DNA of 64,000 nucleotides from Rhizodiscina lignyota (Eukaryota). The translations under genes were made by a program, and so were the position numbers. Below are positions 35,598-49,306 of the stretch, piece after piece (position 1 is the stretch's first letter; each line of letters begins with the position of its first letter). A model generated the notes under the pieces. That model had not been told where the DNA came from, made no database searches, and was given only the letters and a program-made list of their open reading frames with translations. The stretch covers positions 372,001 to 436,000 of the forward strand of contig ML978122.1 in NCBI GenBank assembly GCA_010015805.1, written 5' to 3'.

Positions 35598-37327
35598 ATG
35601 CAGAACGTTGTCCAGATCGAGGACCACAGCCCAAGGCCGGCTAAACGAGCAAAAACGACGAAGCAAGCTTCGTGGGAGGATTATAAGGATGACATCTACG
35701 AGCTCTATGCGGTCCAAAACCGTTCAATTGAAGACCTGATGAGCACCATGGCTGAAAAGGGTTTGCATGCTTCGTAGGTCTTTCGGCTGAAGTTGCCTGG
35801 GGTCTTTTCCCGCACAATTATTCTGCTACCTGTACATTCAAAGATAAGACATGTTTCGCTAATTCATGTGACAGACGACGAACGTATATGAAACGAATTA
35901 CAGAATGGGGCTTCAACAAGAAGATCCGTCGCGCCGAGAAGGAGCAGATGCTCCGCATCGAGCGTCATCGTAGCGCCATTGGAAAGCGCACTGTATTCCG
36001 CATCCGAGGACAAGAGGTGACGGCAGCGAAGCTCCGACGCGCTGCTCCTACTGTGGATGATCCTGCTCCGAGTCCAACAGAAAATGCAGACACGCCCTCC
36101 TGCATTAGTTATGAGACGCCAGAGAGCGGTGATCCATCAGATCCGGACAAGGACGTGGATGCAAGTGAGCCTGACGATACCCCTGTGTACACTCCGGCTT
36201 GGGCCACAGATCCCGCAGAGCACTTCTGGCGGACGAGGAATGCTGCGAGAAATAATGAGCTCTCTCTACGTCGGCATTCCAAACCTCCGTCGACAGGTGT
36301 ACCGCTACAGTATGAAAGAGATATGGTGACTTGGTATAACTTTCGAGATGATGACGAACACAGAGTTACAGAAAGCGATATGGAATCTCTGGAAATTGAC
36401 GAAACGGAGACTGGACCTGTTTATGATACTTCCATGCCCAAGCCATTCAACCTGAGGAAATTCCTGACCTCATCCATGCCTGGTTTGAATTATGACTTCC
36501 ATCAGATTGCAAGTGGGGAACAACTTGACGCTGCAGCTTCCCCAGCATATCTGACCGGTTCTTCTGCGGACTCTGTGTCAAGAATTGTCTCAGACGAGGA
36601 TATCGGCGACGCTGATCTGGGCTCGAATGACACTGTCTCCTCCATTTCCGATATTAGAAGCCAGTTTGATGGCAATCTGGGCCTCCATTTGACACTCTTC
36701 CGCGCAGAGCCAGCTCAAGGGGAAGATAGGGATAGAACGCGCTATCGGCATTTCAGCAACATCTTAGGTATTCTGAAATCCCGCTATGACCGTGAGGCAG
36801 CTACACTAGCTCTCATGGGTATGGTTTTCGGCGATGGAGATGTGGAGACTGAGGATCAAGCGAAGGATAAACTCGAGGTGCTACTGGAACAGCGCAATCA
36901 CTTGTACGGGTTTGAGCACAAGTATACACTTGATGCGTGTCTTGCAGGTGTCATCTTCCTCCTGGATGCCACCAGACTCGACGCCGAACAAAACACCTGG
37001 AGTCAACAGACCGTCTTTGCGAGGCTTGAGCGAGCGAGGAGCCTCATCCACAGGGTTTTTGCTGCCCATCTACGGGAGGAGACGGTTCGTGAGCTGCTAG
37101 GTGATGAGAGTGGCCACGACGTACTTCCGCCGGAGGATGTCGCTGATGAGGAGGCATCGGACCAGGCCGAACGTTTGATGGCGGATGTCGTGGAGCAGGC
37201 TGTACGCAGTCAGACTGTGCTGCATGCACTGGAGCTGCTTCCACGGTACCATAGGCAGTGGGCAGGCTATCATTGCTATAAGAGAGAAGAGTTAATGCGG
37301 GAGCGTCCAAGTCTCTTCACAATGTGA
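35598..37327 (+). CDS. Clr5-domain protein; one intron (~35775-35874)
   Basis: N-terminal WEDYKDDIYELYAVQNRSIEDLMSTMAEKGLHAS|RRTYMKRITEWGFNKK matches the fungal Clr5 domain pattern. Confidence 0.85.
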
Positions 37328-37510
37328 GGCTGCCTGGGAAGGAAATGAGGTGGTCGTGGCTGCGGACCATATGCCTTAGGGCCGTGCTCTAGCATCTGCA
37401 GGTGCTCGGCCTTAAAACAACAAGCTACCGCATCATCTGCACTCATCGACACCTCCGCATCTGACACGTCGAGCTACACAGCACACTGCCTCCAAGTCCC
37501 ACGACTACGC

Positions 37511-39100
37511 ATGCCCCGACTTGCTAAAGCAAAATGGAAAAGAAGGGGGCGCCCTTCTGCGCGTGTCCTCTCGAGAGCAACAACGCTCCAGCCTCGAGAT
37601 CCTTCATCGTTGATGGGGATGTACATGACATATTCCACGCCTCCTCTTACGCGCCTGCCGCTCGAGATTCTACTCATAATCATCGAGCTTATGGACATCC
37701 GGTCCTTTTTTGCTCTGCGCCGTGTCAGCCGACACTTCTACGAGTCTACCTTCAGAGTGTTTGCGACCACGTTCTTTGCGGAGAAAAAATTCATGCTAGC
37801 CGAGTCCAGCTTGGAAGTATTGTTCAAAATATCGTGCCATCCTCGACTTTCGCAATACGTCCATTCTCTCAGCTTCTCGACGTGTCGTTCCACCCCTGAC
37901 ATCAGGTGCGACGTACATCACTCTAAATACAGCACCGAAATCTATGGCGGCGGTTTCCACCCGAGCAATCACTACAAAATCGAATCCTACCCACACTTCC
38001 AATTCTACGAGCAGCAACAATCTGACCACAAGTCTCGATCTTTCAGAGAATTGCTCGTTCCGGCTTTCCAAAACCTCGAGAATCTAAAGAGCATCTGTGT
38101 ACGGAATTGGCACGAGCATTGGAGCGGCAACTTCGCATCTACTCGATTCTCCGCATTCGGTGTCAAGAGTGCACAACAAGGCAACATGAGGATGACCTCA
38201 TGTCACAGCTTCGAGGTCGACGCGGATTATCTTACATATCTCACTCATGAGGTCTTCGTAGCTCTCCGTCACAGCAGAACTGAATTGGATACATTCATTG
38301 TCGAAGGCAACCGTCGAGGCGTTTGGCGACCCTTACGCAGCGGACTTAAGCTTATCAAACTCATCGGACCTGATCTGCTTGATCAAGCAGGTAACAATGA
38401 CCCATTTGTGTGGCGTGCGTGCAAGAAATTGGTTCTACCGATATATCCGGACAGAACAGAGTATCTTCAAGAAAACGCGACTCGAAACTTCACGCAAGCC
38501 GTGTCCGATTTCGTCGGTGCGCTTCTCGAGACATCAAGCCTCGAGGATCTCACTTTGAACTTTCCCCAATCGTATTACCACGACCCTGGGTATCGGGGCC
38601 ATCGACACCTTCACCCCTCGAAGATTTTTTCAATCTTCGCACACAGTTGGCTGCACGTGCTGCCTCTCCGCAGGCTCTGCTTGAGTGTGGGCGACTATGA
38701 CGCGACCGACTTGTCGCTACTCATATGCAAGCAATCGCTATCACGCACGCTAGAGCACCTCGTCCTGTCGAAGATGTCCCTCCTTGGCGACTGGGCAGAA
38801 CTTCTTGCCGGCTTGTTTGAACACGTCAACGACCTCAAGACCATCACGATGGAGGACCTGCACCAGAGTGCAGAGGGTTATGAGGGACTCTATCACGTGT
38901 ATTTTCACGCTGGCTCGACTTGGCCACCTCAGAATGAGAACATCGTGCGGGGAGTTAAGGAGTCTGGGGTGGAGCAGGTCCTTCAGCGCATAATCACGCC
39001 GAATATGCCTGAATGGGAGGTGGTGGAGCAGATCTTGGAGGGCGAAGACGATGAGGAGGTGGGAGAAGAGGAGGTGGGGGAAGAGGAGGAGGAGCAGTAG
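37511..39100 (+). CDS. F-box protein with LRR-like C-terminal region and acidic tail (start uncertain)
   Basis: LTRLPLEILLIIIELMDIRSFFALRRVSRHF; repeated LxxLxL motifs. Confidence 0.85.
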   Translation: MPRLAKAKWKRRGRPSARVLSRATTLQPRDPSSLMGMYMTYSTPPLTRLPLEILLIIIELMDIRSFFALRRVSRHFYESTFRVFATTFFAEKKFMLAESSLEVLFKISCHPRLSQYVHSLSFSTCRSTPDIRCDVHHSKYSTEIYGGGFHPSNHYKIESYPHFQFYEQQQSDHKSRSFRELLVPAFQNLENLKSICVRNWHEHWSGNFASTRFSAFGVKSAQQGNMRMTSCHSFEVDADYLTYLTHEVFVALRHSRTELDTFIVEGNRRGVWRPLRSGLKLIKLIGPDLLDQAGNNDPFVWRACKKLVLPIYPDRTEYLQENATRNFTQAVSDFVGALLETSSLEDLTLNFPQSYYHDPGYRGHRHLHPSKIFSIFAHSWLHVLPLRRLCLSVGDYDATDLSLLICKQSLSRTLEHLVLSKMSLLGDWAELLAGLFEHVNDLKTITMEDLHQSAEGYEGLYHVYFHAGSTWPPQNENIVRGVKESGVEQVLQRIITPNMPEWEVVEQILEGEDDEEVGEEEVGEEEEEQ

Positions 39101-40536
39101 GAAGTGGAAGGGGGGAATAAGCAGAGCGATGAGGGGTAGAGGATAGAGGGGTCCCTGGGACCCATGTATGATAGAATTCCTCAATGAAGTGATGTTATTT
39201 TGGAGCTAGAAGACACATTCTTTCATATCGCATGCTACTTCCAATCCCGTGACCTATATGCTCGACGAGTAGGCACTGAGATAGAACGCAGATCTTACCG
39301 AATATGAGCCTCAAGCAGATAAAGAGGTGTTTTTCGTGACTTGGAGGCTCTCGAAATGAGAACAAACTGACAGGATAGAGACGCCCGAATGGTCTACCCT
39401 TCTTTTCAGTGTGTAGGCGTAAGATTGGGAGCGCATTACCAGCTTTAATGTGGCGTTTAAAACCTGGCCGGTCATTTTGTAAACGATCGGGCATCCATAT
39501 TTAGATAGCGCCTTCGGACGTCTTGTAACATCAAAAGAGTATGGATTCTTAGTCTTAAGATCGAAGTGGGATGCTCATGCAAAGCCAGTAGAAGAAAGCT
39601 TGCTAAAGAAGGGACGATACTTTGAACGGGGGTGTAAAGGTCGTCTAAGAAGGGTTGCTACAACGTAAGTGTAATCCAACTATCTACACTATGGCAATGG
39701 TGGAAGGAGACACGGAGTCGAAAGCCTTCATTCATTCACTTTGACAGCGCGACGAAAGAAATACCAAGCGTTCAAGTCAAGATCGCAGTGCCAGTGGTCG
39801 TCCTTAAACCCTCCAGCCAAGTTATGATAGTGGGGACACCTAAAGTGTGAGCAGAGTAGAGGCGGCTTCTGGTTAAAGTCTATCTGTAACTTGGCAACGA
39901 TAACAGCACAGCGAAAGAGATGTTATAAAGCTATCGAGCCATGTTTGAAGTATTGGTGGCTGACCTGTTTTCGAACCTCGAGTTGGATTACAATAGAAGA
40001 ATTTCTAAAGTCGTCGGCAGGATGGAGGGGGCTTCTGGTCCGAGTTCAGCGATAACTCAACAATGCTTTGACTCCAGGCGACCATCCTTCAAATCTAGTG
40101 AGATCAACAAGACAAGTGGCCTTGAGGTATCATTAACAAGTGTTCTTCGGAAATGGTGAGCTTCTTGCAATTTAAGCGTGCATCCCTTCCCCGCAAAGAT
40201 CGACATACCGGCTAAGAACAATACCTCTTCCTGCATCCTCTTTCAGGAAGTTCCTGCTCGCAAGCAGGCCGAAACCTCGTATGCAGGTACAATTACGCCC
40301 GAAATGCCTACAAACAGCATAGTTGCCGCCATGAGGCTCGGGGTTGGTCGAGATCTTCCTTGATTTGGACCTTACGGGGAAATATGGCCGCGAGCGGGGC
40401 GTTACATCTGCTACATCACCTGTGAAAATGTTACTTCATGTTCATACTATAGATCTATATATTCCGGACAATTTATCATATAGGTGCAAGTATCTCAGCG
40501 CCCATTCCATTGCTTCGCGGGTTCAGCCAATCCAGA

Positions 40537-42003
40537 ATGTTACGCCTTTCCCTCCTCTCCGTGGCGCTGGCAGGTCTTGTTCACTCTACTTCTTTGACTG
40601 TGCTCAAGACTACCACGACGCCAAATGGCTTCCACGAAGCTGCAAGAGGTTGGAACTCCTTCGGGATTCAGGCCAACCCTAATACTACTCCCTCATGGAC
40701 CGGCTTCAACCAAGGCAATGTGACCCCAGAATGCGATGTTCTTGCGACTGCTCCATTCAAAGCAGCCGGATATCAATACTGCAGTCTCGACTCGGGATGG
40801 TCCACCAACAATGGAGATCAATACGGCAGGCTCCTCTATGATCCGACGCTGTTCGATCTTCCGAGCTTCGCAGACCATCTTCACGACGAGGGTCTGAAGC
40901 TCGGTGTTTATGTGCTGCCAGGAGCGTTTTGTTCGGACGGCAACAAGACTATCAAAGGTACCACGATCAAGTTAAACAGCACTTATAACGGTAACAATGA
41001 TGGCTTCCTGCGCTGCGATTTCGATTTCTCGAAGCCGGGCGTCCAAGAGTGGCATAATTCAGTGGTGGATCTCTTCGCTTCCTGGTAAGCACAACAACAT
41101 TAGCTAGCGCAGCAGTTCACTGAGCTAATTCTTCACAGGGGTGTTGATTTCATCAAGCTAGACTTTGTTACTCCAGGCAGTCCGGACAACGGCGCTCATC
41201 TTGTAGCTAACAACAGCGGCGCCGTGATTGCGTACCACAACGCTATCGCACAGTCTGGTCGGCAAATGCGCCTCCATATCTCCTGGAAACTTGAGCGCAA
41301 CGACACGTACTACGACATCTGGCGTGCCAATGCAGACAGCATGCGCACTGACCAAGATATTAACAACAGCGGCGCCAACAACTTTACGATGTGGCAGACA
41401 GTGCAGCGAGCGATCGACAACTACCGCCAGTACATCGTTCTGCAAATCCCGAAGAACCAGCCCATCAGCATATACCCGGACATGGACAACCTGTTTGTTG
41501 TGAACTCCGCGAACATCTCTGGAGTAACAGATGCGGAACGTCAAAGTATCATAAGCCACTGGATCGGTGCGGCAGCAAATCTGATCCACGGCGGTGATTT
41601 GGAGAACATTGACGATCTGGGATTAAAGCTTGCCACAGATTCAGATGCATTTGCAGCTGCTGATTTCAGTGCGCAATACCCGATGCAGCCGCGTAACCCA
41701 GGAACTGGTGGCACTGATGCCCAGCAGTTGCAGGCATGGATAGGTGGGCCAAGTGACGATGGAGAAGCGGTGGTGATTCTAGCGAATTATGGACCAGCAG
41801 GACCCCAAGCAGGTTTCAACACTAGCATCGCCAGGGTCCAGACGGTTTCAGCGAGCTTGGATGACCTCGGCATCGATGGCTCCGGGTGGAACGTTTTCAA
41901 TATATGGGATAAGACTAACTCGTCAGTTTCGAGTGGTGGCTCGTTGAGCGCAGACTTGGACGAAGGCGAAAGCGTTTTCCTGAAGTTGACAAAATCTGCT
42001 TGA
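40537..42003 (+). CDS. Secreted glycoside hydrolase family 27 (alpha-galactosidase-like); intron ~41085-41138
   Basis: Signal peptide; RGWNSF, YCSLDSGW, GLKLGVY, W|GVDFIKLDF, SMRTDQD, YPDMDNL. Confidence 0.93.
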
Positions 42004-42571
42004 TTTATACTTTTGAAATCTACGAAAGAAAAGAGACGAGGAAACCAAAAAATAATAAAAAGTTAACTTGATTTCGCCAGCCAAATGTCAATTGAGCTCC
42101 GGAGAAGCGTCATTCGTGCAGTTGACGCGAAGATTGTAAAAAGCCTGCGACAGCCACAGGCAAGAGTGTATGAAAAAGGTAGCTCCAGTCGTGCGTATCC
42201 AGCTGCGGCCCCAGTGGTCCTCATGAGACATGCCTCAGTAACTCTGCAAGAACGAGCGTAGGCAATGGGGCGTATCGTCATCCGTAGAAATCGAGCCGCG
42301 AGACGTAATTTGTAGCAAAGGTACCACCCGGTAGCTGTTGCGCAATCTAAAGTGCGTTCCCACTGAAGCCCAATCCCAGAGACGAATGCCAAAGAACAAA
42401 CGTGAATTGGTTACGTATCATGAGTAAACCCGATCAGCTTTTGCACCCAAAGAGAGACCATTGGGAAACGCAAACACCAGAGACGGTCAGGTAGCGCAGC
42501 AGTCGTGCATGAGCTGTTGGAAGTCTGCATCAGAATGGACTCAGAGATCTCGCGGACGATGCCGTGCCTGG

Positions 42572-43399
42572 TCAAAATACCATTCCTCCCCACATGGCTG
42601 ATGATATGGTGCCTGACTTAAAGCGCTCGCCTGTCGACTCCTTTGCCATCATGAAAATCTCATTCACCACACCAATAACATTATCAGTGATAATGTCGTA
42701 TGGCTTCTCATCATCGATGACACCCAACTTATCGGCAAGGGGATAGCTCTTCTTGAGCTTCCCTTTCAGAGCACAGACGATAGCATCTGTGGAACCAGTC
42801 GTGGTTATTGGCGGCTTCTTAGACCTTTTCTTTGCTTTGAGTGGTCCAGGGGCGACGGGAATTGCAGGATGCCCGTCTACGACGTCTGGGACTTGACTTC
42901 CGCCTAAATCATTGTTGACTGCCGGCTGTTCATGGTGTGTCTTCTTGGCCTGTGGCCATTCTAGAGTCACGACACCTTTGGGGAATTCCCCGCTTGTATA
43001 GATGTTGAGCTCGATGTAAACACGATTCGCTTCCATGAAAGACACAGTCACCCGTCGCAGTATTTTGCTGTTTTCTGGGCCGATGCGTTGAACCCACGCA
43101 GTCAGTGGGGAGACTTTGTTGAACCGAGGGGCCGGCCTGAAGACAAAGTGATTCTCTGAGTAATACATCCCAGAGGCTTCTCCACGTGTCTGCTTGGACC
43201 CTTTGATAATGGCGGGGAGCCTGTATCGCTCAGGGCCTTTCGCTTTCATTGCGATGGGGTTTGGAGACACCACTGCGAGACGGTAGATACGTTCCCTTAT
43301 GTCCTTCTTCAATTTCAAGAACGGGAACGGAGGACCTGGCGCAAATCTCGTAAGAGCAGCCTCGACAGCAGCCAGTTTTTTTGCTCGTAATTCGTCCAT
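42572..43399 (-). CDS. Hypothetical fungal protein with an F-box-like N-terminal motif
   Basis: 275-aa ORF; PFPFLKLKKDIRERIYRLAV...LPAII..SKQTRGEA..MYYSENHFVF...WVQRIG. Confidence 0.7.
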   Translation of the reverse strand: MDELRAKKLAAVEAALTRFAPGPPFPFLKLKKDIRERIYRLAVVSPNPIAMKAKGPERYRLPAIIKGSKQTRGEASGMYYSENHFVFRPAPRFNKVSPLTAWVQRIGPENSKILRRVTVSFMEANRVYIELNIYTSGEFPKGVVTLEWPQAKKTHHEQPAVNNDLGGSQVPDVVDGHPAIPVAPGPLKAKKRSKKPPITTTGSTDAIVCALKGKLKKSYPLADKLGVIDDEKPYDIITDNVIGVVNEIFMMAKESTGERFKSGTISSAMWGGMVF

Positions 43400-44298
43400 A
43401 CTTTCTTTTGAAACGAAGCGTTGGTGATGATCTGTATCAAATCATTATACATGTACAGCCTCCATAAAGATAGGTGAGACGAGATTGTAAGCCGAACACT
43501 CATATGTTGAGGATGTGGGTAGCAATGAAATATGATGAAGAAAAGGAAACATACGGTGATGAATCAAGTTAACTGCTGGTCGATGTATCTTTGCATGCCG
43601 TCGACCTCAGTCTTTCCAGCCTGTATGATATAAGATTAAGAAGAAGATTAATACGGTAATTGTAGAGAAAGCTTACAGAGATTAAGTATCTAATATGAGA
43701 CTAAAATAAGAGATCAGCAGCTGCACTTGAAGTTAATAGAGCAGATGACCTTACTATATCCGTAACGTCTCTGTGGCGCTCAAATTCAGTGCGAGCAAAG
43801 CGTCGGAGTTCTTGTCGTGTAGCAGAATCGCGAATTTCTTGATGATGGTGATGATGATCAGCAACAAAGAGTGTGAAGGAAGTTGAGAGGGAGGACGCAC
43901 TGTTAGTCGACCTTATTATAGTCCTCCAAAGACTGATAGCTCGCTGCCTCTGAATGAACTAGAGACAGTCAACGAGTTGGAAAAAGACAACGATGGAGTT
44001 GAACGTAAAGAATTGCATACGTGATCGAGGCCAAGGGGCGGTCCCTTTCCGCGAAAGGAGCGTTTAGAAGAAGTTGACGCATAGCGGCGGATGAAATACA
44101 TTTGAACTCGTACTATCAAAGATGAGGCTCCAGTTGAAGAGAAGTTCGTGGAAATGATGCACAAAACTTGAAGGAGGTTTCTCCCCTGTCAGACCTGCCG
44201 AAGATTGCCCGAGCGTCTCTCGTGACTTCGCGTTCGCGATTTCAAACGCGTCATCTTACTGCCTTGACGCGCTGAATGCTCCCGTCTCTCTGTTCATC

Positions 44299-45000
44299 AT
44301 GAAGCGAAAGTCCTACGTTGTCTCTGCTGTCAGAGTTCAACAATTGGCTTCTCACAAGATGGCATCTTCCGAGCCTCAGAAGCTTGTTGATGAGGCAAAC
44401 GCGCTTTCATGCTCCAAATTCATCGAAAAATTCATTCGATCCGGCGAACAAGAACTGAAATTTGCAACAACTTCAGGGGCGCAGTTGAGGATTGAAGCTT
44501 GCCGGTCGGAAAAATTATCAGAAGCAGATTTCACGGCATGCTTCAGTCTCATTCGAGATACTTCATCAACCGCGTATAAAAACTCCTCACGAGGCTGGCG
44601 TCCTTCGGCGAAGAAAGAAGAGATGCGCGAGGAGGACATGTGGTATCTTCTTGTCAGACCTGAGAGCAGTGTCGAAGCTTCTACTGTCTCAGCATTCATC
44701 TCATTCATGATCACCATTGAAGACGATTATCCGGTCGTATACGTCTATGAGATCCATATTTCCTCCGCGCTGCGAGGACAGAAGCTCGGTGCCCATCTCA
44801 TGGACATCATCGAAACGGTTGGGCGGAAGTCCAGAATGAACAAGGCAATGTTATCCGTGTTCACGTCGAATGAAGGAGCCGAGCGGTTCTATCGCAAAAG
44901 AGGATATGAGATCGACGACTTTTCGCCGCAAGAACGAAGACTAAGAGGTGGAAAAGTGAAACGGCCAGACTATGTTATCCTGAGCAAGGCGCTTCAATGA
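44299..45000 (+). CDS. NAT4: N-alpha-acetyltransferase 40 (GNAT); start may be ATG 44359
   Basis: YKNSSRGWRPSAKKEEM, VVYVYEIH, RGQKLGAHLM, MLSVFTSNEGAERFYRKRGYEIDDFSP, YVILSK. Confidence 0.9.
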   Translation: MKRKSYVVSAVRVQQLASHKMASSEPQKLVDEANALSCSKFIEKFIRSGEQELKFATTSGAQLRIEACRSEKLSEADFTACFSLIRDTSSTAYKNSSRGWRPSAKKEEMREEDMWYLLVRPESSVEASTVSAFISFMITIEDDYPVVYVYEIHISSALRGQKLGAHLMDIIETVGRKSRMNKAMLSVFTSNEGAERFYRKRGYEIDDFSPQERRLRGGKVKRPDYVILSKALQ

Positions 45001-45118
45001 GGGAGCGCATATTCACGGCGGGTTGGCTTGAATCTTGGGAACATCTGTCGAGCATAAGACTTTCTATTTTGGCCGCCGGGTATCTCCCGAGCAGTAGGGG
45101 TATCTCCCATATCCAGCA

Positions 45119-46651
45119 TCACACCCTTCTCACCTCCTTTCCTCTCATATCCGGACGTTCCACTTCCCACTCATCTCTCAGCACCGCGTATATTGCATCG
45201 GCTAGTATGACTGTGAGTCCGAGACTCCAGACGAGGGTGATGGCATAGAAAAAGTTGGCGTTTCCACTCCCTGCATAGACCCACAAGTGGTAAAAGGCTG
45301 GTCCGAGAAGGGTGCAGTACAGCAACGACGACACTGCGGGAAATGTGTATCGCATTACTGTGAATTAGATTAGCTTATCGCGTTCGATGTCCACCATGGT
45401 GTATACCGAGAGTATTCGAGAACCGACTTACATGGAAACACATGGCGAAAGGCGCCCAAGAAACTCAAAAACAGACCGGCTTCTCCCACCGCTGGGTACG
45501 GCGCATACACACTCACTACACCAAGCAACGCACATACTACGAAGAGTGGTTGCGTTCGAAACCGGATGGATAGAGCTGGCATGTATGCGAACATGTGTAG
45601 CCAAAATACGCCCAAGAAGAAGGCTCGGAAGGAGTCGAACATTTCGGTGAAGAAATACCACCACAGTCCGACGTTGGGAGTGAGCGACGGGAGTAGTATG
45701 ATATGGAGGTAGTGGGCATTCAGGAAGGACCATGAGGAAGTGAGGCCGTAGGATAGCAGTAAGAGTGCTACTATGGTGGCGAAGAAAAGGGATGTGTAAC
45801 GGATCGTAAATGTCAAGGCGTTCGATGTGGTCGATTGGATCTGTTTTGACGAAGGGTCGGAGTCCGAGGTTGAAGGCGGTTTGCCATTTGATTGTTCGAC
45901 TGGCTTTGCACTCGACTGCGCATCGTAGCACAATATGAGGAGAGGTGGAAAGAGTAGCAGCGGATACAGGGAGAGATATGATGCCAATGCCAGAGCAAGT
46001 ATAAACGTGATACTCTGTCCTGTGGCTGCGCGCGATGTAGCCTGGAGAATTAATGTATGGGTAAAGACGCTTGTCGGTCGCGCGAGGCACGTCAGAACGA
46101 TGAAAGGGTTAAATAAATATCTGCATAGCAACGATCTTGTCAGCCAAATGTTCATATTGAATGCTATGTCTCCATACCCAGCAGCAATGGTGGTACTACT
46201 CCGCCGAAGCTCTCTTCGAGATGATGTAAAAAGGCGCGATGAGACGGCCACGCCAGTGTCCGCAATCTTCATCAGCGCATCCGCACCAACTAGATCTGCC
46301 ACCACATATAGTAGACTCGTCGCTAACGGGTATCTTTGCGCGTTTGGAAGGAGAGAGAAAAGCGGAAGTAGCAGCGGTGATTGGTGGTAGGTTCCTCCAT
46401 CGAAAGGAGACACATTGCGATTATATAGAAACAATCCTTCTTGTACTATGCAGAGCAGTTAGCTAAGAATACCCCCAAACCGGAAACATTTCTATAATGG
46501 CACACTTACGCCTCTTAAAGCTCGTTACTGGCGTCGAGAGCTCGACTCTGCCAGCGAGGACATCTGGTAAAGAAGGGAAGGCAGTGAACAGCAGAAGACG
46601 TAGCGCAGCTGCAGAGCCGAACAGCAACGCCTTTTGCTTGTCCACATCCAT
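45119..46651 (-). CDS. GAB1: GPI transamidase subunit PIG-U; spliced
   Basis: RVELSTPVTSFKR, SPFDGGTYHQSPLL, YLFNPF, LTPNVGLWWYFFTEMFDSFR, WVYAGSGNANFFYAITL. Confidence 0.96.
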
Positions 46652-46867
46652 CGGGCAAATATTATCGACTCATAAGCTTCTCCATGCCCAAGAATTGTTG
46701 ACGGCCGCACCTGGGTGTGCTCTGGCTTGACGATCGTCGCGCTCGGGTTTTCGTCAGCCCTACCGGTGAAACGTCGGGTATACTCTATTTTTCATGTGGG
46801 CAGAATTTCTCGAACTTTTTTCTGGAGGTCGACATTGAAGCCGCACATTCAAGACACAACCCATAGC

Positions 46868-49068
46868 ATGGCGAAAATAAAGAAGAAAGGTTAGTGGCCA
46901 CACAATCCCCTATCTGCGACTGTACTGATTGCTACTAGGAACATCTGGCCAGGCCAAAAATTTCATCACGAGGACTCAGGCCGTCCGAAAGCTTCAGATT
47001 TCATTGCCTGACTTTCGGCGGCTATGTATCTTCAAAGGTCGGTTCGAAGAGTCACTACCTTAAGATATATGTGGTTAATTGTCAATCAGGAATATACCCA
47101 CGCGAGCCCAGAAATAAGAAGAAGGCTTCGAAAAGCTCTACCGGTTCTACCACCTTCTATTACACCAGAGACATACAATACCTCCTCCACGAACCTCTCT
47201 TGAACAAGTTTCGGGATCACAAAGCATTAGCAAAGAAAATTGGACGAGCCTTAGGCCGTGGCGAAATCAAAGATGCAGCCCGGCTTGAACGAACGCAGAC
47301 ACCAAAAATTACCCTTGATCACATTATCAAAGAGCGATATCCTACGTTCGTAGATGCTCTTCGAGACCTCGATGATGCGTTGTCCATGCTCTTCTTGTTC
47401 GCAAATCTTCCGTCTACAGCGGCCATACCTCCGAAGACCATTGCGCTCTGCCAGAGATTATGTCTCGAATTTCAGCACTACCTCATCATCACGCACTCAC
47501 TGCGCAAATCCTTCCTCTCAATCAAGGGAATATACTACCAAGCAACAATTCAAGGACAGGACATATTATGGCTTATTCCTTACAAGTTTGTGCAGAGGAT
47601 GGAAGGTGACATCGATTTCAGGATCATGGGCACGTTCGTGGAATTTTACACTACGCTCTTGAGCTTTGTAAACTTCCGACTATACACATCCATTGGCCTG
47701 GTATATCCGCCGAAATTCAATGCGAGCAGCGACGACCAAGGCGCGGAGCTCGATGCTTTCACGCTTGAAGGGAAGAGTGTTGCAGAGCAACCAAAAAACC
47801 TCATAAATGGGGCAAGCGCAACAAATGGCACGACTCATGCGACTACAGCAGATGCACAAGCCGAAGCCGATAAGCTGACCAACCTTGACGAACCATCCGA
47901 AGATCGGGAACAAGGAGAAGACCTATCAGATGACAGAGCAGAAGAGATAACTGCGACTGATGCGATCGACACGTTTTCTCCAACAGCCGACGACGCTGAT
48001 ATCCTTCCTCAACCAGCTCCTTCGAACGAAGAGTCTGGTGCGCTTTTTACTCCCTTCACTTTTTTCCTGTCTCGTGAGACACCTCGTGCACCGCTAGAGT
48101 TTTTGCTGAAAGCATTTGGATCGAAGCGAGTGGGCTGGGACGCGGTGCTAGGAGATGGAGCATACACAACGAATGAAGGCGACAGGAGCATAACACATCA
48201 AATTGTCGATCGACCAAATCTGCCGGAAGGTGCTCTTCCTGCCGTACCGGAGACCAAGCCTTCACCAGCGCAGAAACATGCGAACGGGGAGACAGATGGT
48301 GCAGCGGATGATGATGAGAAAGAGGAGGAGAGCAGCAATGGCAGGCTTAGACCTGGAACGAGAGTACCTGGTCGCATTTATGTCCAGCCGCAATGGGTGT
48401 GGGATTGTGTTAATCAGGGCAAGTTACTTCGTCCGGATCTGTACGCACCAGGAGCTACGCTGCCACCCCATTTGAGTCCTTGGGTCAAGGCTAAAAGAGG
48501 CGAATACGACCCGACACTCTCTCTGGCAGAGCAAGAGAAGGAAGGTGAAGTCGAGGCCGCGATGTTAGAGGATGGAGATGAAGACGTGGTGGAGGCTGAA
48601 AGTGATGAAGAAGCCGAAGATGGTGTTGATGAACAAATAGAAGAAGAGACAGGCATGAAGATTGCCGGCTCAGAGAGCGAGGACGAAGATGAGGACGAAG
48701 ATGAGGACGAAAATCCTGAACAAGACGAAGAATGGGGCGGAATATCAGACGAGGCAGAAGATCTCGAGGATCCCGATGTCCAGCACCAGAGAGAACTTGA
48801 AGCCGAAGCACTTGGCCAGCGTCTCACGGCGAACCAGCCGAAGTCTGAAGATGAAACGAGAAAGAATGAGGCAAAGATGAAGACGAAGGCTGTAGCGAAG
48901 AGGCGAAGAGAAGAAGCAGAAGAGCTCGAGAGACAGAAGATGATGATGAGCAGGAAGAAGAGGAAGGTTCTTGAGAAGATGCTCTACGGCAACGAGAAAC
49001 GCGAGGAAGAGGCAGAGAAGCTGAGAAAAAAGAGGCGCGCTCTTGAGAAAGCAGCGCAGATGATATAA
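46868..49068 (+). CDS. NOP7: Pescadillo homolog (PeBoW complex); two 5' introns
   Basis: [68 protein letters not shown]-region [17 protein letters not shown]. Confidence 0.98.
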
Positions 49069-49306
49069 TGTCATGAGACAACGATTGCATGTACAGGGAC
49101 CCAAATGCTTACTGGGACTCCTTTAGCGAATGAGCATGCGCAAGATGTCGAAAATTCTCTAGCTCCGAAATCTTGACGAATTTCAACTTGCACTGGAAGC
49201 GATACTTCCGATATTGTGATTATCGCTCACTGTGTTGGGATTATCTGTCACCGAAGAAAACATAATACTTTTGGTGACTTTTTGTACGCCCTACTCGTTT
49301 GCCTCC